Positions 1-9,100 are shown, counted from the first letter of the stretch. The stretch is DNA of 64,000 nt from Clostridia bacterium (GCA_017624905.1 JAGAMD010000008.1:20440-84439), one strand, 5' to 3'. Program-made: numbers and translations. The notes: generated by a model not told the origin, from the sequence alone.

Positions 1-569
1 AAGACGAGATAGAAAAATTGAGTGTAAAATTAAGTTGTGTGGAAAACACGAATGCTGATATTATTTGGGCACTTGATATAAAAGAAAATGAATTAGAAAA
101 ATCGACTAAACAAAATGCCGAGTTGAAAAACAAGCTTGAATTTGAAAAAGAAAAAATTAAAAACGAGGTTCTTGAATGGTACGAAGAAGAGTATATTAGA
201 CTCTTTGAGGAAAAATTCAATGCTAAAGGATATTTTGATAACATTGGTACCGGAAGATTCAGCAGAGCTATGACAGGTATCGAAGGAATGAGAGATCTTC
301 AAATTGTAGCAAAGTTCATTCCAAAAAGTGATAAAAATAGAAAGACTGATTATACTACAACTTTGTATAGTTGCGATTGTCGGGATTCTTTAGACAAGAC
401 CCACGTTTGTAAGCATAGAATGTATTTGGCGTATTATTTAGGCTTTATGCAGTTTTACAGTAATGAATTTGAAAAAACGAATAAGAAGCTTATAAAATCA
501 GTTGTTAATAAGGACAAAAAATTTGACAAATCTAAAGTTAATAAAACTAAAAAGAATACTGCTCAATAA
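1..569 (+). CDS. SWIM zinc-finger protein with coiled-coil-like N-terminus (5' end cut by the window edge)
   Basis: The frame stays open upstream of the listed TTG at 18, out to the window edge. The C-terminus has a CxC...CxH SWIM signature (YSCDCRDSLDKTHVCKHRMY). The N-terminal part is E/K-rich. Confidence 0.5.
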   Translation, partial: DEIEKLSVKLSCVENTNADIIWALDIKENELEKSTKQNAELKNKLEFEKEKIKNEVLEWYEEEYIRLFEEKFNAKGYFDNIGTGRFSRAMTGIEGMRDLQIVAKFIPKSDKNRKTDYTTTLYSCDCRDSLDKTHVCKHRMYLAYYLGFMQFYSNEFEKTNKKLIKSVVNKDKKFDKSKVNKTKKNTAQ

Positions 570-1104
570 ACGGTTTAAAATTCTCATAGACCTTACGTTC
601 CAGAGGGCTTGTTAAGAATTTATTTCTTGCATATAAGATATTCATGCGCTGCATCCTAAACTCGGCTGCAGCGTAGCTTATATCGCAGAGCTTTATTATA
701 TCTTCAGCAGATTTAACCTGGCATCCCCACAGAACACATGCAGGAGCAAGAAGGCGAGAAGCAAAGACGTTAGCTGCTTGCTCGATAGGATTATCTGTAC
801 TAGAGGGCTCTCGACTAACAAGCTCATAAACGCCAACATGACCGAGTATGATGTGGCCGAGCTCGTGAGCACAGGTGAAACGCAAACGGCTATTATTTGT
901 GCAATCAGCATTTAAAATGATTACCGGAACGCCGTTTTTTATAAAAGAAAAACCATCGCTATCGGAGTCTAATTTTGCAAGCTTGACCTCTATTCCAAGC
1001 TCACGGCAGAGGGCGGTTATCTTTACAGGAAGAGACGAGATTTTAAAGTCGATGAGAATTTGCCACGCTGCATCGCGTGATTTTTGATAATTTTTGTAGT
1101 TCAT
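547..1104 (-). CDS. ImmA/IrrE-family zinc metallopeptidase
   Basis: HEXXH motif in the context CAHELGHIILGH. The 185-aa size and layout are typical of ImmA/IrrE anti-repressor proteases of phages and ICEs. The gene is divergent from the integrase. Confidence 0.8.
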   Translation of the reverse strand: MNYKNYQKSRDAAWQILIDFKISSLPVKITALCRELGIEVKLAKLDSDSDGFSFIKNGVPVIILNADCTNNSRLRFTCAHELGHIILGHVGVYELVSREPSSTDNPIEQAANVFASRLLAPACVLWGCQVKSAEDIIKLCDISYAAAEFRMQRMNILYARNKFLTSPLERKVYENFKPFIEQYSF

Positions 1105-1184
1105 AGTTTTACCTCACATAGTTTTTATTTTATTATGAGGCAAAAAGTCGAATTTTAGTAGGTGTAAGAATTTAGGAGGGGAAA

Positions 1185-2261
1185 ATGCCAAATTTTGAGC
1201 AGAATCCGAACAATAAAAAATGGTCGGTGCGCTTTCGTGCTATTATAGATGGAGTCGAAAAACAAAAAAGACTATCTGGCTTTAAGACCAAAAAAGAAGC
1301 TAATCTGGCATATTTAGAGTTTCAAAGCGAAAATAATAAGAAAATAAAAAAAGAGGCATCTAGCAAAGAGCCTCGAGAAATGCTATTTAAAACTTTGGCA
1401 GAGGGATATTTACAGAATCTAAAAACAAGGGTGAAGGAAAGCTCGTATCTTACACAGCAAAGCAAATTGAATAAGCATCTTATACCTTGTTTTGGTGAAA
1501 AGAAAATAAAAGAGATTACTCCTTTGGCTGTTCTTGAATGGCAACAGGGAATAGAGCAATATGCATATAGGCACAAAAAATCTTTAAGAACCTTGTTGTC
1601 CTCTATATACAGGTTTGGAGAACGCTATTATGATATACAAAACATAATGGTAAAGGTTGAACCTTTGCGAAACACCGAACCTCCAAAAGAAATGGATTAT
1701 TGGACCTTGGAGGAGTTCAAGCTTTTTATTGATGCTTGCGAAGAGGAAGATATAAAGCTGCTTTTTAAGTTCCTGTACATAACAGGGTGCAGAAAGGGTG
1801 AGTGTCAAGCTGTAACTTGGAGAGATATCGATTTTAAAAATGCAACTGTTAGAATAAATAAAAATATCACTAGAAAAACGGAAGAGGGACTCTATAAAGT
1901 GGTAAGTCCTAAAAATTTAACGAGTAATAGAACAATAGACTTACCAGAGGGCTTTTGCAAAGAGCTAGAACGCCATAGAGCAGCTAATCTTGATGAGTTC
2001 GTTTTTGGTGGTATCCGACCTATTCCTGATAAGACAATAGAGAGGGGACTAAAAAAGTACGCTGAAAAGGCAGGAATAAAGACGATAAGAGTGCATGACC
2101 TTCGTCACTCTTGCGCATCACTTTTGATATCACAGGGGATATCTATCGTTGCTGTGTCAAAACGTCTAGGTCATAAGGATGTGGAGCAAACACTTAATAC
2201 TTATGCGCACTTAATGCCTAAAGAAGCTGATAAAATAGTTGAAATTCTTGAAAATATATGA
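1185..2261 (+). CDS. int: Tyrosine-type site-specific integrase
   Basis: C-terminal catalytic signature HDLRHSCASLL...LGHKDVEQTLNTYAHL (R-H-R-Y family), with an SAM-like N-terminal domain. GGAGGGG SD 6 nt upstream of the ATG. Adjacent to a tRNA gene. Confidence 0.9.
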   Translation: MPNFEQNPNNKKWSVRFRAIIDGVEKQKRLSGFKTKKEANLAYLEFQSENNKKIKKEASSKEPREMLFKTLAEGYLQNLKTRVKESSYLTQQSKLNKHLIPCFGEKKIKEITPLAVLEWQQGIEQYAYRHKKSLRTLLSSIYRFGERYYDIQNIMVKVEPLRNTEPPKEMDYWTLEEFKLFIDACEEEDIKLLFKFLYITGCRKGECQAVTWRDIDFKNATVRINKNITRKTEEGLYKVVSPKNLTSNRTIDLPEGFCKELERHRAANLDEFVFGGIRPIPDKTIERGLKKYAEKAGIKTIRVHDLRHSCASLLISQGISIVAVSKRLGHKDVEQTLNTYAHLMPKEADKIVEILENI

Positions 2262-2282
2262 TTTTGTGACTGATTCGTGACT
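2260..2282 (+). repeat. Tandem direct repeat GATTTTGTGACT / GATTCGTGACT between the integrase stop and the tRNA
   Basis: Read directly from the sequence. The two copies are adjacent (2260-2271 and 2272-2282). They could be recombinase arm-type or att-proximal sites; the function is inferred only. Confidence 0.35.
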
Positions 2283-2320
2283 AAAAATACAAAAACGCAA
2301 AATATAGTACTTAAAATGAT

Positions 2321-2350
2321 AAAAACACCACAATATTTTGTGGTGTTTTT
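2321..2350. terminator. Bidirectional hairpin terminator between int and tRNA-Ser
   Basis: AAAACACCAC-8 nt loop-GTGGTGTTTT, flanked by A and T runs. It starts 4 nt beyond the tRNA 3' end. Confidence 0.6.
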
Positions 2351-2353
2351 CTT

Positions 2354-2444
2354 TGGCGGAGAATCAGAGATTCGAACTCTGGAACCCTGTTACAGGTTAC
2401 ACGATTTCCAATCGTGCGCCCTCGACCAACTAGGCGAATTCTCC
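2354..2444 (-). tRNA. tRNA-Ser (anticodon GGA), CCA encoded
   Basis: Hand-folded cloverleaf: acceptor GGAGAAT/ATTCTCC, anticodon stem CACGA/TCGTG with loop TTGGAAA, long variable arm (class II), T-arm CAGAG-TTCGAAT-CTCTG, discriminator G plus CCA. Confidence 0.9.
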
Positions 2445-2587
2445 ATATTGCTAGACAAGTATAACATATCTTGTTTAAAAAATCAAGTATTTTTTTATTT
2501 TTATTGCTTTTTAATTTGTTGACATATTTAGTAGTATATGTTAGAATAATCAAGAAGGAAAAATAAAGACTATTAATAGAGGTAAAA

Positions 2588-2968
2588 ATGAAAAGAATTT
2601 TAATAATTTTTAGCATGCTTTGTGTTATATTTTCACTTTTTGCATGTGCCGGTGAAAATACCGAAAGCACCAATACAACCCTAAGCACCGAGGTGACAGA
2701 TATGATAACTGATACAAAGTATATACTAAATGGAAAAGTAACCAAAATTAATGATAATTCCATTGAAATACAAATTGAAAATATATCTGATGCAAGTGGA
2801 TTATTCGCAGTTAATATTTCCGAGATCACAAAAATTTATGATAGCTTTGGTAATATAATTAATAAAGATCAAATAAATGTAAACAACAATGTAGAGGTTA
2901 GCTATAACGGACAGGTAACCAAAAGCTTACCACCACAGGTAAACGCATTAGCAATTCAAGTAAAATGA
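2588..2968 (+). CDS. Small lipoprotein, DUF3221-like
   Basis: Signal peptide with lipobox (LFAC). The C-terminal pattern ...YNGQVTKSLPPQVNALAIQV resembles the DUF3221/YobA family ending. Its own terminator follows. Confidence 0.5.
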   Translation: MKRILIIFSMLCVIFSLFACAGENTESTNTTLSTEVTDMITDTKYILNGKVTKINDNSIEIQIENISDASGLFAVNISEITKIYDSFGNIINKDQINVNNNVEVSYNGQVTKSLPPQVNALAIQVK

Positions 2969-2975
2969 TAATATT

Positions 2976-3001
2976 AAAGGTGGCAAATGCCACCTTTTTT
3001 A
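2976..3001 (+). terminator. Rho-independent terminator
   Basis: GGTGGC-AAAT-GCCACC followed by T6. Confidence 0.75.
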
Positions 3002-3048
3002 TTGCAAAAGATATATGTGTGTGTTAAAATATTTACGAGGTGATAAAA

Positions 3049-5040
3049 ATGCTTGAGATTAATAAAGAACTGCTTGTTGATACTCGTTGCCCTAACGATA
3101 AAATAATAAACGGTGCTAATATAAGCGTTTGTTATACAAGAAACACAGACGATATAACCATTGGTAAAAAGCCAAGCTGTACACCATATCTAGACCGATA
3201 TGATGATTTTGTATATCAAAACGGAGCCTTTAAAGGCAAAGAAACTAATAGCGTATTGGCATACCAAAAGTATGAAGACGGCTTGATTTTTGAACTGTTA
3301 ACCGATGAAAGCGATATATCAGAATATGGCATAAATCTACCTCTGAACTTTATGGGCAAGCTAAATGGTGAAGGCTTTGAAAATCAGTTTTTATTTAATT
3401 CACCATATACCTATGAAAATAGCGAGATAAAGTATTTTTATTTAACTAAGCCAAACGGAAACAACTTAGTAATTGCTATTACAAGCAAAGCCGATGGTTG
3501 GAAAATGGACTACTCATACCATTCTTGGGGACACTTTTTTGTTAATCTAAAATTGCTTGCCAACTTTGATAAAGCATACAAGCAAAAAGAAAATAATAAC
3601 TATTTAAAATTTGCAATTTTACCTGTTACAACCTTTGATGATTGTTTGGAAAAATTATCTAAGCTATATGATAAACCATTCCTTGATTATGATATAAATG
3701 GCGGTGCACTCAATGACAAAATAACCTTGAAAGCATATGGCGAAATAGATGCTTTGTTGGAGGAGAACAATGGTAAAATAACAAAACTGCCATATAGCGA
3801 TAAATACATAATAAGTAACGAGGGAGAAACTATCTTAACACCATTAGTAAATGGCAAAAAAGGGGCACCTGTGTCTATTTATGGCTATAAAACACTTTTA
3901 GATTTGTATAAAAAATCTATGGACACCATAGATATTCCACTTATTGAGGATAGAACAAATGCAAATCTTTGTGAGCATCAAAGCTGGGCAAGTGCTATGC
4001 TTAGGTTTTTAATTAAGTATAAGTCAATGCTAAGCGACAACGAGGTACAAGCATATGAAAAAAAGCTTCTTTATCTTCTTGATATAGTGACCGAGGAGAA
4101 TGAAAGCAAGGCTTTGCCAAATCGCACCATATTGTCAACACCTCACAACGGCTTTCCACCATATAATGTTTACAAATCTTGTCGTGTGCAAGAACTTGCA
4201 AGTGGCATAACAATTTTACTTGACGCCTACAAATACTTCAAGGAAGAAAAGTATTTAAAATATGCAAAAGGTGCCACTATGTGTCTGATTTCATACTATC
4301 AAAAGGAAGATGGACGAATAGAAGTGGATTGGGGAAATGATGCAAAAGAGGACTACACCACAGTATGTGCACCTATAATACCAATTATTGATATGTCGAA
4401 TTTTTTGAGGGACACCGATCCTAAGCTCTCAAATCTTTTTAAGACTTCAGCTACAAAAATAGCCGACTATCTTTGCAACAGAGGACTAAAATTCCCAACC
4501 GAGGGAGAAAAAAACTCTCTTGTTGAGGAGGAAATGGAAGATGGCTCGATTTCTTGCACAGCTTTGTCCCTGTTATACTATTGTAAAAACATTTCTCGTA
4601 TTGAAAAATATATACAAAAATCAAAGGAAATACTCGATTTGCACGAGAATTGGGTTATTAAAACACCGATAGCCCCTATGCATGGCTCTACGCTTCGTTG
4701 GTGGGAAACCGGCTGGGAGGGCGATGCTGACGGACCTGCTATCTGCGCCGGACACGCTTGGAGCATATGGCGAGGCGAGGCTGACTATTTGTATTACGAG
4801 CTAACAGGCAATGACAAATATCTCTTGAAATCTCGAAACACCTTTATAACAAATCTTTCAAAGATTAATCTAAAAGGGGAGAGCTATGCAATATATAACC
4901 CTGATATGATAAACGGCGGCGGATTCCATTGCGAATGCTCAAAAATCAACTATAGAATCGCCACAAAATACCCAAGCTTTAAAGACTCGGGTTTGTCAAG
5001 ATATGTTTGGATACGTATTAATGATACATTTTTAAAATAG
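3049..5040 (+). CDS. Uncharacterised 663-aa cytoplasmic protein, probably an (alpha/alpha)6-barrel glycoside-hydrolase-like enzyme
   Basis: Long uninterrupted ORF. GAGGTG SD before the ATG at 3049. No signal peptide. The C-terminal half is rich in W/aromatic helix-repeat motifs (STLRWWETGWEGD, AGHAWSIWRGEA). The family was not recognised. Confidence 0.45.
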   Translation: MLEINKELLVDTRCPNDKIINGANISVCYTRNTDDITIGKKPSCTPYLDRYDDFVYQNGAFKGKETNSVLAYQKYEDGLIFELLTDESDISEYGINLPLNFMGKLNGEGFENQFLFNSPYTYENSEIKYFYLTKPNGNNLVIAITSKADGWKMDYSYHSWGHFFVNLKLLANFDKAYKQKENNNYLKFAILPVTTFDDCLEKLSKLYDKPFLDYDINGGALNDKITLKAYGEIDALLEENNGKITKLPYSDKYIISNEGETILTPLVNGKKGAPVSIYGYKTLLDLYKKSMDTIDIPLIEDRTNANLCEHQSWASAMLRFLIKYKSMLSDNEVQAYEKKLLYLLDIVTEENESKALPNRTILSTPHNGFPPYNVYKSCRVQELASGITILLDAYKYFKEEKYLKYAKGATMCLISYYQKEDGRIEVDWGNDAKEDYTTVCAPIIPIIDMSNFLRDTDPKLSNLFKTSATKIADYLCNRGLKFPTEGEKNSLVEEEMEDGSISCTALSLLYYCKNISRIEKYIQKSKEILDLHENWVIKTPIAPMHGSTLRWWETGWEGDADGPAICAGHAWSIWRGEADYLYYELTGNDKYLLKSRNTFITNLSKINLKGESYAIYNPDMINGGGFHCECSKINYRIATKYPSFKDSGLSRYVWIRINDTFLK

Positions 5041-5050
5041 GAGTAATATT

Positions 5051-5881
5051 ATGGATTTTAGTAAAAGTATTTTTTAAAACAGAAAAGAATTAAATAGACC
5101 GTTTTTAGCTGCACATCGTGGCGTTTGTGGGGCAAACATTCCTTGCAACTCTATGGCAGCATATAAAATTGCTCTTGACCAAGGTGCTGATGTAGTAGAA
5201 ATAGATGTTTCCATTACAAAAGACCACAAGCACTATGTTTTTCATCCATGGATGGAGCCGGTTTTCTTGAGAGACAAATATATCTGTGATATGACAGCCA
5301 AGGAGCTTGAAACAAAAAGACTTGTAAATCAAGATGGCGTTAGAACAAGCTACAAGGTGCCATCTCTTAGCGAGGCTTTTGCACTATTAAAGGATAAAGC
5401 ATATATAAACGTTGATAAATTTTGGACAGATATTGAGGGAATAACAGCCGAGATACGTAAGGCAGGCGTTGAAAAACAGGTTATTGTCAAGACGCATACG
5501 GATGAAGAGAGTCTTGCAAAGGTTGAAAAATACGCATCTGACCTTATGTTTGTGCCACTTGTAAGAAGCAAGGACGACATAACTGAAAATCTTTTGAAAA
5601 GAAACATAAATCTCATAGGTGTAGAGATTTTGTTCCGCAACGATGACGAGGAATGTATAAGTGATGAATACATAGAGAGTATGCACGATAAGGGACTATT
5701 AATTTGGGCTAACTCAATTATCTATAATGAAGACGATATTGTCAATGGCTACCACAGTGATGATGCTTCACTAACTGACTCACCGGACAAGGGATGGGGC
5801 TGGTTGATAGACAAAAACGTCGACTTTATTCAAACAGACTGGCTACTTATGTTAAAGAACTATATTGATACAAGAAAATAA
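5051..5881 (+). pseudogene. Glycerophosphodiester phosphodiesterase (GDPD) family gene interrupted by an in-frame TAA at codon 9
   Basis: AGGAG SD 7 nt before the ATG at 5051. Reading is MDFSKSIF-TAA(5075-5077)-NRKELNRPFLAAHRGVCGANIPCNSMAAYKIALDQGADVVEIDV. The conserved HRG motif lies between the stop and the first downstream ATG (5153). Confidence 0.6.
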
Positions 5882-5882
5882 T

Positions 5883-5925
5883 AAAAAAACGTCGAGGAGT
5901 GTATGAAAAACACTCCTCGACTTTT
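5883..5925. terminator. Bidirectional terminator between convergent operons
   Basis: 11-bp stem GTCGAGGAGTG/CACTCCTCGAC flanked by an A-run and a T-run. Confidence 0.8.
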
Positions 5926-5926
5926 G

Positions 5927-6559
5927 CTATTCACTTAATAACTTGTCTAAATATTTCTTTAGCTTTTCGCTATCCCCATCAAAGACATAGCCCTTTATTC
6001 CGTAAGCTTCAGCACCCTCTATATTGTCGCATCTGTCATCAACAAAAACAGCTTCATAAGGGTTTATATTATGTTTTTTACATAGATGGTCAAAAATTTC
6101 ATAGCTTGGCTTTACAATACCGATAGGTGCGGACATTACAAGACCATCAAGCTTTCTTAAAATCTCAATTTCTCCGCTATGCTCAGCAAAGTATTTTGAA
6201 ATGTTGGAAAGCAAGAAAAGACGCACCCCGTATTTGGATTTCAAGTAGGAAAGAAGGTCGCTCATACCATCAATCTCCGGTATGTTGTATATCCAATTGT
6301 AGTATATTTTATCAGCTACATCCCAAAGCCTTTGTGGTAGTCTTTCCTTGATTAAAGACATTGTCTCCTCGTCTGAAATGGTGCCTTTGTCAAGCTTATC
6401 CCAATATATACGATCAAAAACGACCTTCTCAAGCAGAGCCTTATCTTCTTCGTTTTCTACATAAACACCAACCATATAGCTGGGCTCAAAGTGAACAAGC
6501 ACTTGACCAAAATCAAAAATTACATTTTTAATCATAGCTTCCTCATTGTTTTTCTTCAA
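5927..6559 (-). CDS. HAD-superfamily hydrolase (subfamily IA-like)
   Basis: Motif I in the context VIFDFGQVLV, a motif IV-type VFVDD, and ~210 aa. Confidence 0.7.
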   Translation of the reverse strand: MKKNNEEAMIKNVIFDFGQVLVHFEPSYMVGVYVENEEDKALLEKVVFDRIYWDKLDKGTISDEETMSLIKERLPQRLWDVADKIYYNWIYNIPEIDGMSDLLSYLKSKYGVRLFLLSNISKYFAEHSGEIEILRKLDGLVMSAPIGIVKPSYEIFDHLCKKHNINPYEAVFVDDRCDNIEGAEAYGIKGYVFDGDSEKLKKYLDKLLSE

Positions 6560-7610
6560 TTAAATACATAAACATTTCAGCCGCATGCCAAGAGTGTGGG
6601 GCAGAGCACTTGTGCTTTGCATATTCCTCTGACAGAGGGGCTATCAAATCGTAATTTGCTTCGGATGCACAAATTTCCCAACTCATAGGATATTGTATCT
6701 TTGTGAGCTCTTTAGGTATTTCATCACCATTAAAGTGATATACAGCCCAAGTAAGATAAGGATACAATTCGTTGTATTCGTTTTCAAATGGTGTAGCTGT
6801 TTCAATATCTCTTTTATCCATCCAAAACATTCTTGCATAGGAATCAAATTCAGGTGGGATTTTTATAAAATCAGCTCGAATTCCAAGCCTGTCAAATGCC
6901 AATCTTAACCACAGAGTCGAGTAAATTTCGTGTGTTCCATAGTCTGTTAAGCCTCTTAGCAGTCCGTCTTTAGCTATTCTTTCAGCCTCGTTGTATATCT
7001 CGGATATAAGAGGATAATTCTTATCAACAAAGAAGGAAAGTACAAACGCGAGCTGTCCTAAATTATCAGGCTCACAATTGCCCTTATTGTTTCTGTCGTA
7101 AATATCCTTAACACTAAGAGCCCAAGGTCTTAACAGATGTAGATTTTTTGTTTTTTCAAGAACCAACGCCATCATAGCACCATCACGATACCAAGGCTTT
7201 TTATATGTATAAATGTTTGGCACAGGCATATTGCCAAGAAAGCTAACCAAAATTTCACCGTGTAAAATTCTTAATTGCTCAGGATATTCGGTGTCCTCAA
7301 AATCAGGCAAATTAATATATTCACTTGTTGTTAATGTGGCAACAAGCTTTCTTCCATCAAACAATGTTTCGGAATTTGTAATATCATAAATATACACACC
7401 CCAGCTGTCTTCACTTATAAGATAGGTTATTCCGTCATTTGTCCATACAACAACCATATATCTATCATAAAGGAATTTTTCACGCTTCACATCAAATCTA
7501 AAAGCAACCTCATTTGTATCAAATTTAATTAATGTTCCGCCCTCTTTGTATATAAATTTTTCTCGGTTGCCCATTCCAAATATATAAAACTTTTTTTCCG
7601 GTTTTATCAT
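6543..7610 (-). CDS. Uncharacterised protein with glucoamylase-like (alpha/alpha)6 signatures
   Basis: Motifs PWYRDGAMMA, EPDNLGQLAF and HSWHAAEMFMYL are reminiscent of GH15-type barrels. It overlaps the downstream HAD gene by 17 nt, which suggests an operon. Confidence 0.4.
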   Translation of the reverse strand: MIKPEKKFYIFGMGNREKFIYKEGGTLIKFDTNEVAFRFDVKREKFLYDRYMVVVWTNDGITYLISEDSWGVYIYDITNSETLFDGRKLVATLTTSEYINLPDFEDTEYPEQLRILHGEILVSFLGNMPVPNIYTYKKPWYRDGAMMALVLEKTKNLHLLRPWALSVKDIYDRNNKGNCEPDNLGQLAFVLSFFVDKNYPLISEIYNEAERIAKDGLLRGLTDYGTHEIYSTLWLRLAFDRLGIRADFIKIPPEFDSYARMFWMDKRDIETATPFENEYNELYPYLTWAVYHFNGDEIPKELTKIQYPMSWEICASEANYDLIAPLSEEYAKHKCSAPHSWHAAEMFMYLIEEKQ

Positions 7611-7621
7611 AGCAGAGCTCC

Positions 7622-8950
7622 TTATTTTTCAATATAAATAATTGTGTTTCTTTCAACGAAAAGTCTCACTTTTCCGTTTTCAATTCTAGCTTTAGTATAT
7701 TCAGCCATAGTACTGTTTTTGTCGGTGATTAAAATTTTAGCACCATCAAGCTCGCTTGTGCCAAAATCGATATCAATGTATTTTTCCCACTTGTTGTCGT
7801 CCTCGGCATAATATGTAATTACTGTGGCAAACTTGTCGCCGTTTTTAGCTCCAACAACATAAACATCGTCATCATCGCTTGAAGAGAAAACTTGATTCTT
7901 TAAGTCATAAAGATTCGCAAAGGTGTAAAATGCATAGTAGCCCTTTAATGGACGATATACATACATATCGAATAAACCATTAAATGCGGTAGGTCTTGCA
8001 TCGTAATACATAAGCATGTCAATTGCAGGGTTAGACTGACAAAGAAGCATACAGGCAGAAGCAAACGCAGCACCTTTCATGCCAATAACTTGCTCAATTG
8101 AATAAACAAATTCGTCAACCCAGCCGCGCACATAGTTCCATTCATTTAAGATAGCTTCTGCGTTGCCGTAGCCGTTCTTTTCCATAATGCCACGCACTCT
8201 TGTACATTTTTCAGACATATCGCGTGGCTCGGTCCAATACCAGTGGTATGAAACAAAGTCAAGTGGTACATTGTTTTTGTGCATATAAGCAAGAAAGCGG
8301 TCAAGCCACTCATCATTACCACACGAAGCGGGGCCACCAATCTTGAGATGCGGAAAACGAGATTTTAAGTGTAGCGCAGCAGTTTTGAAAAACTCAAAAA
8401 ACTCAGCCTCAGTGCCACTCCAACATCTTTTATTAGTGGAGCTGTCGTCGTCAAGGTCTGCCTCATTCCAAATTTCCCAATAATCCATTTTATAGTTAAA
8501 TCCGTTAGCCCATCCCTCGGTGTAGTGCATAATAATGTGTTCACAAATCTCAGCCCACTTTTTAAAGTCCTTTGGCATAATTGTGTTGTATTTTTTCACC
8601 TCATGCTCAATTCTTGTGCCAAGGCGATAAAATGTTTCTGTTCCTACATCAAAAGTTTTCTTTATATATTCATCCGTACAAGCGAAATCATAACTATTAG
8701 GATCGTTTACATCAGCATCAAAATCTGTAAAAATGAAGTTTACATCAACTGTATGGTTTCCACCATATTGAGCAGCAAACGATGCATCATGGTTTCTTGC
8801 GTAAGGAATTCTTAATGCTTTGTAGTCGTGTTCATTGCCACGCTTTTGGTCTTTGCCAGCTGTGCAAGGACCATTGTTTACAGCGTGCATAACCTTCATT
8901 TTGCCGACTATGGTGTTTAAATCAAATTTTACATTACATTCATTTTTCAT
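7622..8950 (-). CDS. Clan GH-A TIM-barrel glycoside hydrolase, GH39-like
   Basis: Acid/base-type motif YWEIWNEADL and a later ILNEWNY (candidate nucleophile strand). No signal peptide. Confidence 0.55.
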   Translation of the reverse strand: MKNECNVKFDLNTIVGKMKVMHAVNNGPCTAGKDQKRGNEHDYKALRIPYARNHDASFAAQYGGNHTVDVNFIFTDFDADVNDPNSYDFACTDEYIKKTFDVGTETFYRLGTRIEHEVKKYNTIMPKDFKKWAEICEHIIMHYTEGWANGFNYKMDYWEIWNEADLDDDSSTNKRCWSGTEAEFFEFFKTAALHLKSRFPHLKIGGPASCGNDEWLDRFLAYMHKNNVPLDFVSYHWYWTEPRDMSEKCTRVRGIMEKNGYGNAEAILNEWNYVRGWVDEFVYSIEQVIGMKGAAFASACMLLCQSNPAIDMLMYYDARPTAFNGLFDMYVYRPLKGYYAFYTFANLYDLKNQVFSSSDDDDVYVVGAKNGDKFATVITYYAEDDNKWEKYIDIDFGTSELDGAKILITDKNSTMAEYTKARIENGKVRLFVERNTIIYIEK

Positions 8951-9100
8951 AATACAAACCTCAAAAAATATTGATTAACTTCATTATATAATATTAAGAA
9001 AAGATTGTCAACTATATATTGAGGCAAAAAACGGGCGCGTAACACAAAATGTATTTTTTATATATAAATATATTCACATATGAGCATACGATAATGTGAG

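Larger units (their letters stand above)
1..2353. mobile_element. Terminal part of an integrated prophage/ICE-like element (SWIM protein, ImmA, tyrosine integrase) inserted next to the 3' end of tRNA-Ser; the other end lies outside the window
   Basis: An integrase gene ends 93 nt from the 3' (CCA) end of a tRNA gene. An ImmA-type protease and a SWIM protein sit just upstream. Gene content to the right of the tRNA switches to ordinary chromosomal genes. Confidence 0.55.

Noticed and set aside
2277-2829. ORFs 2277-2522 (+) and 2311-2829 (-) around the tRNA.
   Set aside because: Both run through the tRNA-Ser gene and its terminator. The minus-strand ORF is also antisense to the lipoprotein gene. 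They are not credible coding regions.
5066-5080. Programmed frameshifting or stop-codon reassignment as an explanation for the TAA inside the GDPD gene.
   Set aside because: The segments before and after the stop are in the same frame, so a frameshift would not help. TAA is also used as the terminator of many clearly complete genes in this window, so a reassigned code is untenable.
5153-5881. The GDPD ORF as listed in the track (start at ATG 5153).
   Set aside because: That start would delete the conserved HRG active-site motif, which is encoded in frame just upstream. The strong SD/ATG is at 5051, so I annotated the locus as an interrupted gene instead.
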